From NCBI GenBank assembly GCA_965217775.1, contig CBDCJH010000001.1:29816-93815 (forward strand): 64,000 bases of DNA, read 5' to 3'. The first letter of the stretch is position 1. Every line of letters starts with the position of its first letter. This stretch comes from Acidobacteriota bacterium. Lineage in GTDB: Bacteria > Acidobacteriota > UBA6911 > RPQK01 > JAJDTT01. Shown piece by piece: positions 36,502 to 44,690 of this stretch. The notes beneath the pieces are model-generated. The model was given only the letters and a program-made list of their open reading frames with translations, was not told where the DNA came from and ran no database searches. The translations under genes were made by a program, and so were the position numbers.

Positions 36502-36945
36502 TCAGGTTAGTCCAGACGTAAACGATTGGGTGACCAGGCCCTTGGCCGCGTCTATCCCACCCTCCTTGATCAGGCGAGCAAGAATCTTTCCAAAAGTCTC
36601 GTCGGGTTGCTGGACGCCATCGGGAATGGAGTTGAGTAGCTTCAGCGCCTTCTCGGTCAACATGCAGCCGTTGACCTGTAGTCCTCCACGCTGGAGAGCC
36701 CGAACGTACTCATTCTCTACGAGCCAATCGATCGTCGAAAAGGCGATCCGCATCTGCTTCTGCTTCTCCTCGTCCACATCCTCTGAGTCGTCCTTGCGAG
36801 AGTAAAAGATGTCACCGTATCCTTTGGGGCGAGTGTCACCGCTGATTTCCCACGCCATAAGATCTTGTCTGACCGGAAAGTTCTCATAGAGGCGGCCCAA
36901 AATGATGGCGACGTATTCGTTGAACAGGTCGATGTTCTGCGTCAT
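36502..36945 (-). CDS. hypothetical protein
   Basis: 147-aa ORF with plausible composition (MTQNIDLFNEYVAIILGRLYENFP...). No family recognised. Lies between two motif copies. Confidence 0.5.
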   Translation of the reverse strand: MTQNIDLFNEYVAIILGRLYENFPVRQDLMAWEISGDTRPKGYGDIFYSRKDDSEDVDEEKQKQMRIAFSTIDWLVENEYVRALQRGGLQVNGCMLTEKALKLLNSIPDGVQQPDETFGKILARLIKEGGIDAAKGLVTQSFTSGLT

Positions 36946-37038
36946 GCGTCCTCCCCGTAATGGCTGAGTTGGAGCCGAAACTCCACTTTACGAGGTGTTC
37001 CCACTCGGAGAGAAGGGGACAGTCACGTTTTCTGCATG

Positions 37039-37275
37039 CGCGGCGAGGGCCAAGGCAGTGGCGCCCTCACCGTTCTGGGCGTCGATCCGGGCCCTGCGGT
37101 CCAGCAGCAATTCCGCGACTTCAGCATGACCGTTCGAGGCGGCTTGCATCAGGGGGGTCCGACCATCGTCGTCCCGAACATCCGGGTCCGCCCCCCGGTC
37201 CAGCAGCAGCTTGGCGATCTCCGGGAATCCCTGATACGCCGCGAAGGCGAGAGCCGTCTGGCCTCCCGCGCCTCG
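37039..37275 (-). pseudogene. ankyrin-repeat gene fragment, paralogous to 38767-39003
   Basis: 237 nt, collinear and about 90% identical by hand count to an internal part of the 627-aa ankyrin gene. Encodes GGQTALAFAAYQGFPEIAKLLLDRGADPDVRDDDGRTPLMQAASNGHAEVAELLLDR. Bounded on both sides by motif copies. Confidence 0.85.
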
Positions 37276-37541
37276 GGTTCCCACGGGACGCGAGAAGGGG
37301 ACAGTCTATTTTTCCCGCCCTCGGTTCCAACTGCGCCCACCACTGGACCCTTGCCTGCCAGGTCGATTATCTGGTCACGGACCCTCTACGCGAGAGGGGA
37401 CCAGATTAGGGACCGCTTGGAGAGGTTGGCGAGGGTGCCTTTCTTGACGTGGCTCTTAGGGCGGTAGGACTTGCTCAGGAGGGGCCGGAGAGAAGGGGGC
37501 AGTCACGTTTTCCGCCCCTCGTTCGATGTCAGGAGGATGGC

Positions 37542-37558
37542 GGGGGGGGGGGGGGGGG
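37542..37558 (+). repeat. homopolymeric G17 tract
   Basis: 17 consecutive G read directly from the sequence. Intergenic within the mosaic region. Confidence 0.9.
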
Positions 37559-37568
37559 CGCAGACCGG

Positions 37569-37790
37569 CTACTCCTGCTCCTGGAGCAATCTGGCCAGCG
37601 CAAGAAGGGGACAATCTATTTTTCCCATGATGACGTGTGAAACGTACCGTCTTCCCGCCAATACGCCAGCCCATGCGCCGACGGCCGCAGAGCCTATGGC
37701 GAGAAGGGCCTCATTCTCTTTCTCGTAGAATGCCAACAGCACGGAACCCAGCACAGATAGAACAATGGCCGTGCCCAGCGATATTGCCAC
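37569..37790 (-). CDS. small two-TM hypothetical ORF whose 3' end runs into a motif copy and an ankyrin 3'-end fragment
   Basis: 73 aa with a GTG start. MAISLGTAIVLSVLGSVLLAFY...LLAIGSAAVGAWAGVLAG. The last ~20 codons are encoded by motif copy 37602-37626 plus the LLQEQE-stop fragment. Confidence 0.35.
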   Translation of the reverse strand: MAISLGTAIVLSVLGSVLLAFYEKENEALLAIGSAAVGAWAGVLAGRRYVSHVIMGKIDCPLLALARLLQEQE

Positions 37791-37888
37791 GACTCGATAA
37801 AAGAACTGGTACGATTCATAGGTGGGGGGTGGAACCTATCGCAATTGCAGAATTCCCACTATCGCCCCAATCCTGGGGAGCGGGGGTT

Positions 37889-38110
37889 TCAGCCACCTCT
37901 CAGCCCCATAATGACAAGACGCTCCATCGAACCGTCCTTCTTGCGTCTGTACAATTCTCCACCGTCTTCGACCAACCTGGTCAGATCGTCCATCACCGAC
38001 AATGCGCTACTCACAGTTGATGCTTTGCTTCGCGAGTCCAATTTTTGCGTCAGCCTGTTGGTGATTTCGATATCGCGCTCGGTCAGATTCATGGTGACTT
38101 TTCGTAACAC
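37889..38110 (-). CDS. small ribbon-helix-helix-like hypothetical protein
   Basis: 73 aa. GTG start with AGGAGG 5 nt upstream. VTMNLTERDIEITNRLTQKLDSRSKASTVSSALSV fits a beta-alpha-alpha RHH pattern by eye. TTGACT-18 nt-TATATT lies upstream. Confidence 0.45.
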   Translation of the reverse strand: MLRKVTMNLTERDIEITNRLTQKLDSRSKASTVSSALSVMDDLTRLVEDGGELYRRKKDGSMERLVIMGLRGG

Positions 38111-38381
38111 GTGTGCCTCCTATGTGGTTGCAGATTCCAACCATGCTTCGTTCTGGATGCGCATTGTGCCGCCAAGTCGAGGGACGTCGAGAGGCCAACC
38201 CTGGATCCATCCACCTTTTCAGTCGATGCCAAAGCCCATTCAGCAGCATCTTCAACACTTAACGAGTACTAGAACACATACAGACAATGTATGGCGAATA
38301 TACAGATAAAGTATGGTCATAGTCAAGGTCAAGGGGGGTCGGAACAGGGGACAGTTCCCTTTTCACGAGGTGTGGGTCCGT

Positions 38382-38531
38382 TTTTGTTGTTCCGGTTCCC
38401 GGTGGTGTTCCTGTTGCGGTTCGCGGAGCGCAGGTTCCTGGGGTTGTTGTTCCAGGAGCCGCCGCGAAAAACGCGCTGGGGGGACGGTCAGGCCTCTGGA
38501 CGGGGCCGAAGTGCACCTCCCGGAAGATCGC
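38382..38531 (-). other. orphan second copy of the RT 3' end plus template repeat (TR2)
   Basis: About 150 nt collinear with 31046-31196 at roughly 93-95% identity. Encodes ...IFREVHFGPVQRPDRPP in the RT frame and RGGSWNNNPRNLRSANRNRNTTGNRNNK in the VR frame. There is no RT body upstream. Flanked by motif copies. Confidence 0.8.
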
Positions 38532-38619
38532 CTCGAGGGGACAGTCACGTTTTCCGCAGAGAGAAGGGAACCGCGCAGAGAGAAGGGAACCGGATTCGCG
38601 CGTGCGGCCCAGACGGCTT

Positions 38620-40503
38620 CTACTCCTGTTCCTGGAGTAATCTCGCCGTGACCTTTCGACCTTCGGCCTGAGCCAGCATGAGGGGATTGCTTCCCTGGTG
38701 GTTCCGGATACGCACGTCAGCGCCGCGGCTCAGCAACAGCCGGGCCAGGTCCGTCTGACCTCGGGACGCGGCGAGGGCCAAGGCAGTGGCGCCCTCTCCG
38801 TCCTGGGCATCGATCCGGGCCCCCCGGTCCAGTAGCAGTTCCGCCACTTCAGCATGACCGTTCCAGGCGGCTTGCATCAGTGGGGTCCGGCCGGAATCGT
38901 CTTGGACATCCGGGTCCGCCCCCCGGTCCAGCAGCAGCTTGGCGATCTCCGGAAATCCCTGATACGCCGCGAAGGTGAGGGCCGTCTGGCCCCCCGCGCC
39001 TCGCGCTCCGACACGAGCGCCGCGTTGCAACAGTTTCCGCACCGACTCGATTCGCCCCCTGTAGGCCGCCATGCCCAGAAAAGACTGGCCGCGGGGGGCG
39101 AGCGAATTCACGTCCACACCCGCCGCCAACAGGGCGTCGACGATGGGACCGCGGTCCTGGCTCAGCGCCAGCCCCAGGGCCGTCCAGCCCTCGTTGCTGC
39201 GAGAGTCGAGCCGGGCGCCGCCGTCGATGAGCCGCCGCGCCACTTCGGCGTGACCATGGAGGGCGGCGTAGATGAGCGGCGTCCTCCCCTCCCGGTCCGG
39301 CCGGTCCGGATCGGTCCCCCGGGCCAGCAGGACCTTGACCGTCGCCTCGTTTCCTTCCAACGCGGCGTGCACCAGAAGGGTTCGACCCGCCTCGTCGGGG
39401 GTATCGACCCGTTCCCCGGCCGGGAGCAGCGCTTCGATGACCTTCGTGTGGTCGTACCAGACGGCCAGGTCCAGAGCCGTCTGGCCCCGATTGGACTTGA
39501 TCTGCGGATCCGCGCCCGCCGCCAGAAGCGCCTTGACCGCATCCGCCTTCCCCTGGGAGGCGGCCTGCGTGAGAGGTGTCCGGCCTTGACTGTCGCGGCT
39601 GTCCACCACGGCCCCCGCCCGGATCAGAGCCTCGACGATGGGTGCAAAGCCATTGTAGGCCGCCGCCGCCAGTGGTCCGTTGCCCTCCTTGTCCCGAAAG
39701 CCGGTGGCGGCGCCGTGGGCCAGCAGGAATCGGGCCGCTTCGGTCTTCCCTCCCGACGCCGCATGCATCAGGAGCGGGATGCCGTTGACGTCCACCTCAT
39801 CGACGTCGGCTCCGTAGCGCACCAGGAGAGCAGCCGTTCGTCCGTGGCCCTCGAACAGGGCCAAGGCGAGAGCCGTCCAGTTGTCGCGGCTCCGAGTCCC
39901 GACCTTGGATCCTCCTTCGAGCAGAGCCTCGACCACAGGCAGGTCGCCCTGGGACGATGCCCGCATCAGGACGGTCCAGCCCGTCTTGTCTCGCGCGTCG
40001 GGTCCGGCCCCGGCCGCCAACAGTGTCCGGACCACCGCCACGCTCCCTCCCAGTACTCCCCAGACCAAGGGCGTATGTCCGCTGGCGTCGGTGGAGCGTA
40101 TGTCCGCTCCCACCTCCAGCAAGGCGCCAACGACAGCCACATGTCCGGATCCGGAACCGATCATCAGGGCGGTGGCGCCGTCCCGGGTTCTGGCTTCCAG
40201 TTCCGACCCCCGGGACAGGAGCAGGCGGACGGTCTGTTCATTCCCGCCCATGGCGGCGTACATGAGAGGATTCAATCCGTCCGGATCCCGAACCAACACG
40301 CTGGCGCCCCGGTCCAACAAGGCCGCGACCTGATCGGTGCGGCCCTCCACGGCGGCCCCGATCAGGGCCGCATTGAGCTCCTGATCCTGACCGGCGGCGG
40401 AGACGTTGGACGACAGAAGACCCAGAACCAACCACCGGGCGAGGAAGTCCCGGCCCCGCGGTTTCGGCCTTGGCCGCACTTGATATCCGGTGGCTCGGAA
40501 CAT
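38620..40503 (-). CDS. large secreted ankyrin-repeat protein
   Basis: 627 aa with an N-terminal signal/anchor (WLVLGLLSSNVSAAG), followed by about 18 ANK repeats. Confidence 0.9.
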   Translation of the reverse strand: MFRATGYQVRPRPKPRGRDFLARWLVLGLLSSNVSAAGQDQELNAALIGAAVEGRTDQVAALLDRGASVLVRDPDGLNPLMYAAMGGNEQTVRLLLSRGSELEARTRDGATALMIGSGSGHVAVVGALLEVGADIRSTDASGHTPLVWGVLGGSVAVVRTLLAAGAGPDARDKTGWTVLMRASSQGDLPVVEALLEGGSKVGTRSRDNWTALALALFEGHGRTAALLVRYGADVDEVDVNGIPLLMHAASGGKTEAARFLLAHGAATGFRDKEGNGPLAAAAYNGFAPIVEALIRAGAVVDSRDSQGRTPLTQAASQGKADAVKALLAAGADPQIKSNRGQTALDLAVWYDHTKVIEALLPAGERVDTPDEAGRTLLVHAALEGNEATVKVLLARGTDPDRPDREGRTPLIYAALHGHAEVARRLIDGGARLDSRSNEGWTALGLALSQDRGPIVDALLAAGVDVNSLAPRGQSFLGMAAYRGRIESVRKLLQRGARVGARGAGGQTALTFAAYQGFPEIAKLLLDRGADPDVQDDSGRTPLMQAAWNGHAEVAELLLDRGARIDAQDGEGATALALAASRGQTDLARLLLSRGADVRIRNHQGSNPLMLAQAEGRKVTARLLQEQE

Positions 40504-40554
40504 AAGATTTCGTTGCTGGAAACCCGCTCCAGTCTAGTTTAAGCGACCGCTCCC

Positions 40555-41706
40555 ATGCCAAGAAGAAGTGTCGTCGATCTTCCGCCTTCCAGTATCCGCA
40601 TGATGTTCAACGAGGCTGCGGGAAAGGAAGACGTCGTCCATCTCTCCATCGGGCAACCGGATTTCAACACGCCCGCTCCGGTCATCGAGGCCATGGTGAA
40701 TGCTCTTCACGAGGGCAAGACCCGCTACGCCCTGGATTCGGGCGTCCCCGAATTCAGAGAGGCCATCGGCGGCTACTATGAGAGAACCCAGGGCGTTCAA
40801 GTCCGTCCCGAAGAGATCCTGGTCACTGACGGCGCAGTGGAGGCCATCACCCTGACACTTCAGGCCTTCATCAGTCCAGGCGATGAGGTCATCTTGCTGG
40901 AACCGGCTTTCGTCGTCTACGCTCCATTCATTCGGATGATCGGCGGGGAACCCGTTTCCGTGGTGACGAGGGTCGAAGACGGCTACATACCCGATCCCAA
41001 TCAGGTCGAAGCCGCCGTCACTCCCCGAACCAGGATGATCCTGGTCAACTCCCCCTGCAATCCCACCGGGTCGACCTATCCGGTGGAGGTCCTCCAGGGG
41101 CTGGCCGCAGTGGCGCGGAGGCATGGCCTGTTGCTGGGCTCGGACGAAGTCTATGAACAACTGGTCTACGACCATGAGGGGAGTTACCCCTCCATGCTGG
41201 CGCTGGAGCCCGACCGGGACCGTCTCTTCGTGTTCCACAGCTTGTCCAAAACCTACGCCATGACCGGCATCCGAGTCGGCTGGGTCGTGACGGGCCATTC
41301 CAATTGGCGGCTCCTGCAAAAGCTCCACACTTTTACCACCACCGTGGCCAACACGCCGGGCCAGTGGGCCGGCATCGAGGCGCTGACCGGAGATCAGACC
41401 TTTATCCCCCCCATGGTTTCCGAGTACCGGGAACGGCGCAATCTGGCCCTGGATCTGCTTCGAGACATACCGCATCTCTCCAGCTATACCCCGGGAGGGG
41501 CCTTCTACATCTTTCCCAGATTCGATCTGGACCTGGATGCGGATACGTTTTGCCTGCGTCTCCTGGAGGAGGCGCGAGTCTGTTGCATTCCCGGAACCGG
41601 CTTCGGCGAGTCTTGCCGCCGGGCCTTCAGAATTTCATACGCAGTGGGTCCGGACACCATCCGGGAGGGACTTAGGAGGATACGACAGTGGCTTACCCGA
41701 TTCTGA
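40555..41706 (+). CDS. PLP-dependent aminotransferase, class I/II
   Basis: 383 aa. Motifs GQPDFNTP, NSPCNPTG and PLP-lysine motif SLSKTYAMTGIRVGW. Confidence 0.88.
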   Translation: MPRRSVVDLPPSSIRMMFNEAAGKEDVVHLSIGQPDFNTPAPVIEAMVNALHEGKTRYALDSGVPEFREAIGGYYERTQGVQVRPEEILVTDGAVEAITLTLQAFISPGDEVILLEPAFVVYAPFIRMIGGEPVSVVTRVEDGYIPDPNQVEAAVTPRTRMILVNSPCNPTGSTYPVEVLQGLAAVARRHGLLLGSDEVYEQLVYDHEGSYPSMLALEPDRDRLFVFHSLSKTYAMTGIRVGWVVTGHSNWRLLQKLHTFTTTVANTPGQWAGIEALTGDQTFIPPMVSEYRERRNLALDLLRDIPHLSSYTPGGAFYIFPRFDLDLDADTFCLRLLEEARVCCIPGTGFGESCRRAFRISYAVGPDTIREGLRRIRQWLTRF

Positions 41707-42668
41707 TCATCAGCCAGAAAGAGATCATCTCACGATTCAGCATCCAGGAGTCCATCGACATGGTGGAGCAGGCCTTCGCCAATCATGAGAAGGGGAACGA
41801 CATCCTTCCCAAGAAACTCATTTTCCAGGTCCCGGGCGGCATCAGCGCCTGCATGGCCAGCATGCTCCCGGACCTGAACGTGCTGGCCATGAAACTGGGA
41901 CAGGGCCGGGAAGAGAACCCCAAGCGGAACCTGCCCAACATACTCTCCCAGATCTCGCTGTTCGATCCCGACACGGGAAAGCCGCTGGCCCTGATGGATG
42001 GTTCCTGGGTGACCGGGCTCAGAACCGGAGCCTCGGCCGCGGTCGCCGTCAAGCACTTGGCCAGGACGGACGTTCGGACGCTGGGGATCCTGGGAGCCGG
42101 ATTCCAGGGGAGGCACGCCCTGCGAGCCGCGGTTCAGGTCCGGTCCTTTGAGGAAATCCGGGTCTACGACTCCTTTCCCAAAGCCCTGGAAAGCTACGTC
42201 GCCGAGCTTTCCGAGGATCTGGGCCGACCGGTGGAGCCGGTCCGCCGCCCGCGGGATCTGGTCACGACGAGCGACGTCATCATTACCTGCACCAATACCA
42301 CCGTCCCCATCGTCCGGAACGAATGGTTGAGACCCGGGACCCACCTGTCGTGCATGGGGGCCGATCAAGCCTGGAAACAGGAATTAGCCAATGGCGTGCA
42401 TGCACGGTGCACCATCTTCGGCGATCACATCGAGCAGATTTGCCACTTGGGCGAGGTCTCGGAACCGCTGGAAAAAGGCCATATCGACCGTTCCGATATC
42501 AGGGGCACACTGGGCCAGGTGATCAACGGCTCTATTGAGGGTCGCACTTCCGACGACGAGATCACTCTTTTTGACGCGACCGGAATGGCCATCCAGGACG
42601 CGGCCGTCGCCCGCCGCATCTACGATCTGGCGGCTCAGGAAAAATTCGGGATCTGGGCCGAACTCTAA
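41688..42668 (+). CDS. ornithine cyclodeaminase/mu-crystallin family protein
   Basis: 326 aa. Rossmann motif LGILGAGFQGRHALRA and family-typical TGLRTGAASAVA. Confidence 0.85.
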   Translation: MAYPILIISQKEIISRFSIQESIDMVEQAFANHEKGNDILPKKLIFQVPGGISACMASMLPDLNVLAMKLGQGREENPKRNLPNILSQISLFDPDTGKPLALMDGSWVTGLRTGASAAVAVKHLARTDVRTLGILGAGFQGRHALRAAVQVRSFEEIRVYDSFPKALESYVAELSEDLGRPVEPVRRPRDLVTTSDVIITCTNTTVPIVRNEWLRPGTHLSCMGADQAWKQELANGVHARCTIFGDHIEQICHLGEVSEPLEKGHIDRSDIRGTLGQVINGSIEGRTSDDEITLFDATGMAIQDAAVARRIYDLAAQEKFGIWAEL

Positions 42669-42696
42669 TCTCCCACTCTACCCCCGATCTCCCCCT

Positions 42697-44073
42697 CTAC
42701 CGTAGTGGCGTCGTCTTCTGCTCCGGACGGGGCTCGATGTCGATGGTTTCGGTGCAGTCGACGAAGAACCAGGAGAGCGCGCTGACCAGATACATGGCGG
42801 CTACGACGACGAACAGGGGATTGTAGTTGGTGGTTTGGACCCATGCGCCGTCCACCCATTGCCGGGCCGTGTTGTAGTCCAGGATCAGACCGAAGAGCGG
42901 GGGAGCGAGGACACCTCCCGCGCTGCCCGACGTGTTGATGATCCCAAAAAGAGTCGCCGAGTATCTTCCTCCCAGATCGGTGCAGGTTCCCCACGTCGTC
43001 GGTTGACTCCAGTCGGTGAAGAACTTGACCGCGAACAGGGAGATTCCGGCCGCCACCGCGCTCTCCTGACGGATGGTCAAGAGCATCAGCAAGCAGGCCA
43101 GGAACTTGCCGCTGAATCCGATGAGGCTCCGGCCCCAACGCCGGCTTCCGCTCCACTGGATGGCCCAGTCGTTGCAGTAGCCTCCCACCATGCCCCCCAC
43201 GGCTCCTCCCCACAGGGGCAGGCTCACCAGTATGCCCGCCTGGATCATCTCAATGCCTTTGGCGTTCAGGAAAAAGTCTCCCATGAACGAAACGTAGATG
43301 GTGTCGGCGGCCGCGCTCATGATCTGGCCCAGGACGAAATAGCGCATGCTCCGATTGCGCGCGACCCGGCGCCAGGGGAGCACCCGGGACCCTCCCGGCT
43401 CCGGTTTCGGCGATCCCTCCCGAATCAGATCCCGCTCCGCCTGGTTGGTCCTCGGGTCCAGCTTCGGCGAATTGCGAAACAGTTGCAGGAAGAGCACACC
43501 CAGAAGAACCCCTCCTCCTCCCAACAACACCAGTGCCGATTGCCACGAGAAGCCGCAGTAGCCGATGAGGAGGGTCCCGAAGAGGATGGGGGACATGGCC
43601 CCTCCGCCCCGGCCGAAAAAGGTGGCCACCCAACCCTGGATGATGGTGCGCCGGCTCCGGGGAAACCAGACCTGGGTGACCTTGGCCAGGTTGGGATAGC
43701 AACCCGCCTGGAAGGTGCCGAAGAGAACACGGACGGCGGCCAGAGAAAAGAAACTGCCGGCCGCGGCATGCAGAGGAAGCGCCAAAGACCAGAGGATCAT
43801 GATCAGTCCCAGAAACAGATGTGGACCGACCAGATCGCTCACGATGCCGCTGGGAATCTGCAGGAGCCCGTAGGGAGGGATGAAGAAGGAGAAGAGAGTG
43901 CCCAGCTCGGCCTTGGAGAGGCCGTGGGTCCGTTCCAACTCGGGCCCAATGAAATTCCAGGTGTACCGGTGCAGGTAGAGCATCCAGGACGAGGCGCAGG
44001 CCAAGCCGAAGACCAGCCAACGGACTCGGGTGGGAGACTGGAGGGGTTGCCCCATGCTGGTTGCCGGTATCAA
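42697..44073 (-). CDS. MFS transporter
   Basis: 458 aa with about 12 hydrophobic segments. TTG start in the track; the ATG at 44055 is the more likely start. Confidence 0.8.
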   Translation of the reverse strand: MIPATSMGQPLQSPTRVRWLVFGLACASSWMLYLHRYTWNFIGPELERTHGLSKAELGTLFSFFIPPYGLLQIPSGIVSDLVGPHLFLGLIMILWSLALPLHAAAGSFFSLAAVRVLFGTFQAGCYPNLAKVTQVWFPRSRRTIIQGWVATFFGRGGGAMSPILFGTLLIGYCGFSWQSALVLLGGGGVLLGVLFLQLFRNSPKLDPRTNQAERDLIREGSPKPEPGGSRVLPWRRVARNRSMRYFVLGQIMSAAADTIYVSFMGDFFLNAKGIEMIQAGILVSLPLWGGAVGGMVGGYCNDWAIQWSGSRRWGRSLIGFSGKFLACLLMLLTIRQESAVAAGISLFAVKFFTDWSQPTTWGTCTDLGGRYSATLFGIINTSGSAGGVLAPPLFGLILDYNTARQWVDGAWVQTTNYNPLFVVVAAMYLVSALSWFFVDCTETIDIEPRPEQKTTPLR

Positions 44074-44090
44074 GAGGAATGTGATGGGAT

Positions 44091-44168
44091 TGGCGGGACC
44101 GACGAGATTCGAACTCGCGACCTCCGGCGTGACAGGCCGGCGTTCTAACCAAGCTGAACTACGGCCCC
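44091..44168 (-). tRNA. tRNA-Asp (anticodon GUC), CCA encoded
   Basis: The reverse complement folds as a cloverleaf. Acceptor GGGGCCG/CGGTCCC, anticodon stem CCGGC/GCCGG with loop CTGTCAC, T-arm GCGAG-TTCGAAT-CTCGT, discriminator G, then CCA. Confidence 0.93.
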
Positions 44169-44247
44169 GCTAGGCCGAGCGCACATTATATTCATTCCCC
44201 CCCTGTCAGGCAACGAAGCGGCCCCATTCCCGTGCTCCGGCCAAACC

Positions 44248-44328
44248 GTAGGGGCACCCCTTGTGTGGGTGCCCGCTTTCGCCTGCACGGATCGGCCCGG
44301 GGAGGGCGACCGCAAGGGTTGCCCCTAC
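44248..44328 (+). repeat. REP-like double-hairpin intergenic element (full copy)
   Basis: GTAGGGGCACCC-CTTGTGT-GGGTGCCCG ... GGGCGACC-GCAA-GGGTTGCCCCTAC. About 85% identical to 47984-48063. Confidence 0.8.
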
Positions 44329-44399
44329 TTGGGAAAGGTGCCGGTTCAGTTTTTTCTTAGTAAATCCATGAACTTGTGTTATTATCGCTGACTGTGCGG

Positions 44400-44690
44400 A
44401 TGAGGGGCATCGGTCGAAACACTGAGACACGTCAAAAGGTAGATTTCAGGTCCGAAAGAAATTTAGCCGTTGCCATCTTGAGACAGGCGTGGCACGAAGC
44501 CGTCATCGACCTGCGGATCGTCAAGGAGAACTCCCGCAAAGACTATCGCCTGCTCAAAAAGAAAGCCATCGAGTGGATCGTCAGTGACGAAGATGGCTTT
44601 CCCTACTGGTGCAAGTTGGCTGACGCCGACCACAGCGCCATCCGGCAGCGCCTCCAGGAGCGATTGAGCCAACAGTACAACTGTCAGTAG
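44400..44690 (+). CDS. small hypothetical protein
   Basis: ATG at 44400 within track ORF 44376. Lower GC. TTAGTA-17 nt-TATTAT lies upstream. No family recognised. Confidence 0.45.
   Translation: MRGIGRNTETRQKVDFRSERNLAVAILRQAWHEAVIDLRIVKENSRKDYRLLKKKAIEWIVSDEDGFPYWCKLADADHSAIRQRLQERLSQQYNCQ

Larger units (their letters stand above)
36058..38590 (+). repeat. dispersed same-orientation array of a ~25-nt motif (GAGAAGGGGACAGTC[ACG/TAT]TTTTC)
   Basis: Full copies at 36269-36301, 36315-36340, 36446-36473, 37008-37040, 37292-37316, 37488-37515, 37602-37626, 38342-38366 and 38535-38557. A degenerate copy lies at 36058-36079. Half motifs lie at 38558-38571 and 38577-38590. Spacing is irregular (14 to ~715 nt). 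Confidence 0.85.

Noticed and set aside
35626-36510. 294-aa plus-strand ORF across the AT-rich spacer and the first motif copies. Also ORFs 36960-37409, 37036-37467 and 38291-38671.
   Set aside because: They run through non-coding spacer, motif copies and antisense ankyrin or TR fragments. They have no start signals or coherent protein features.
36058-38590. CRISPR array or integron cassette array as an explanation for the repeated ~25-nt motif.
   Set aside because: Spacing ranges from 14 to about 715 nt. The repeats are degenerate and come in subtypes. The 'spacers' are homologous to adjacent chromosomal genes, and no cas genes are present. No intI is present either. The motif lacks the R''/L''-L'/R' palindromic architecture of attC sites.
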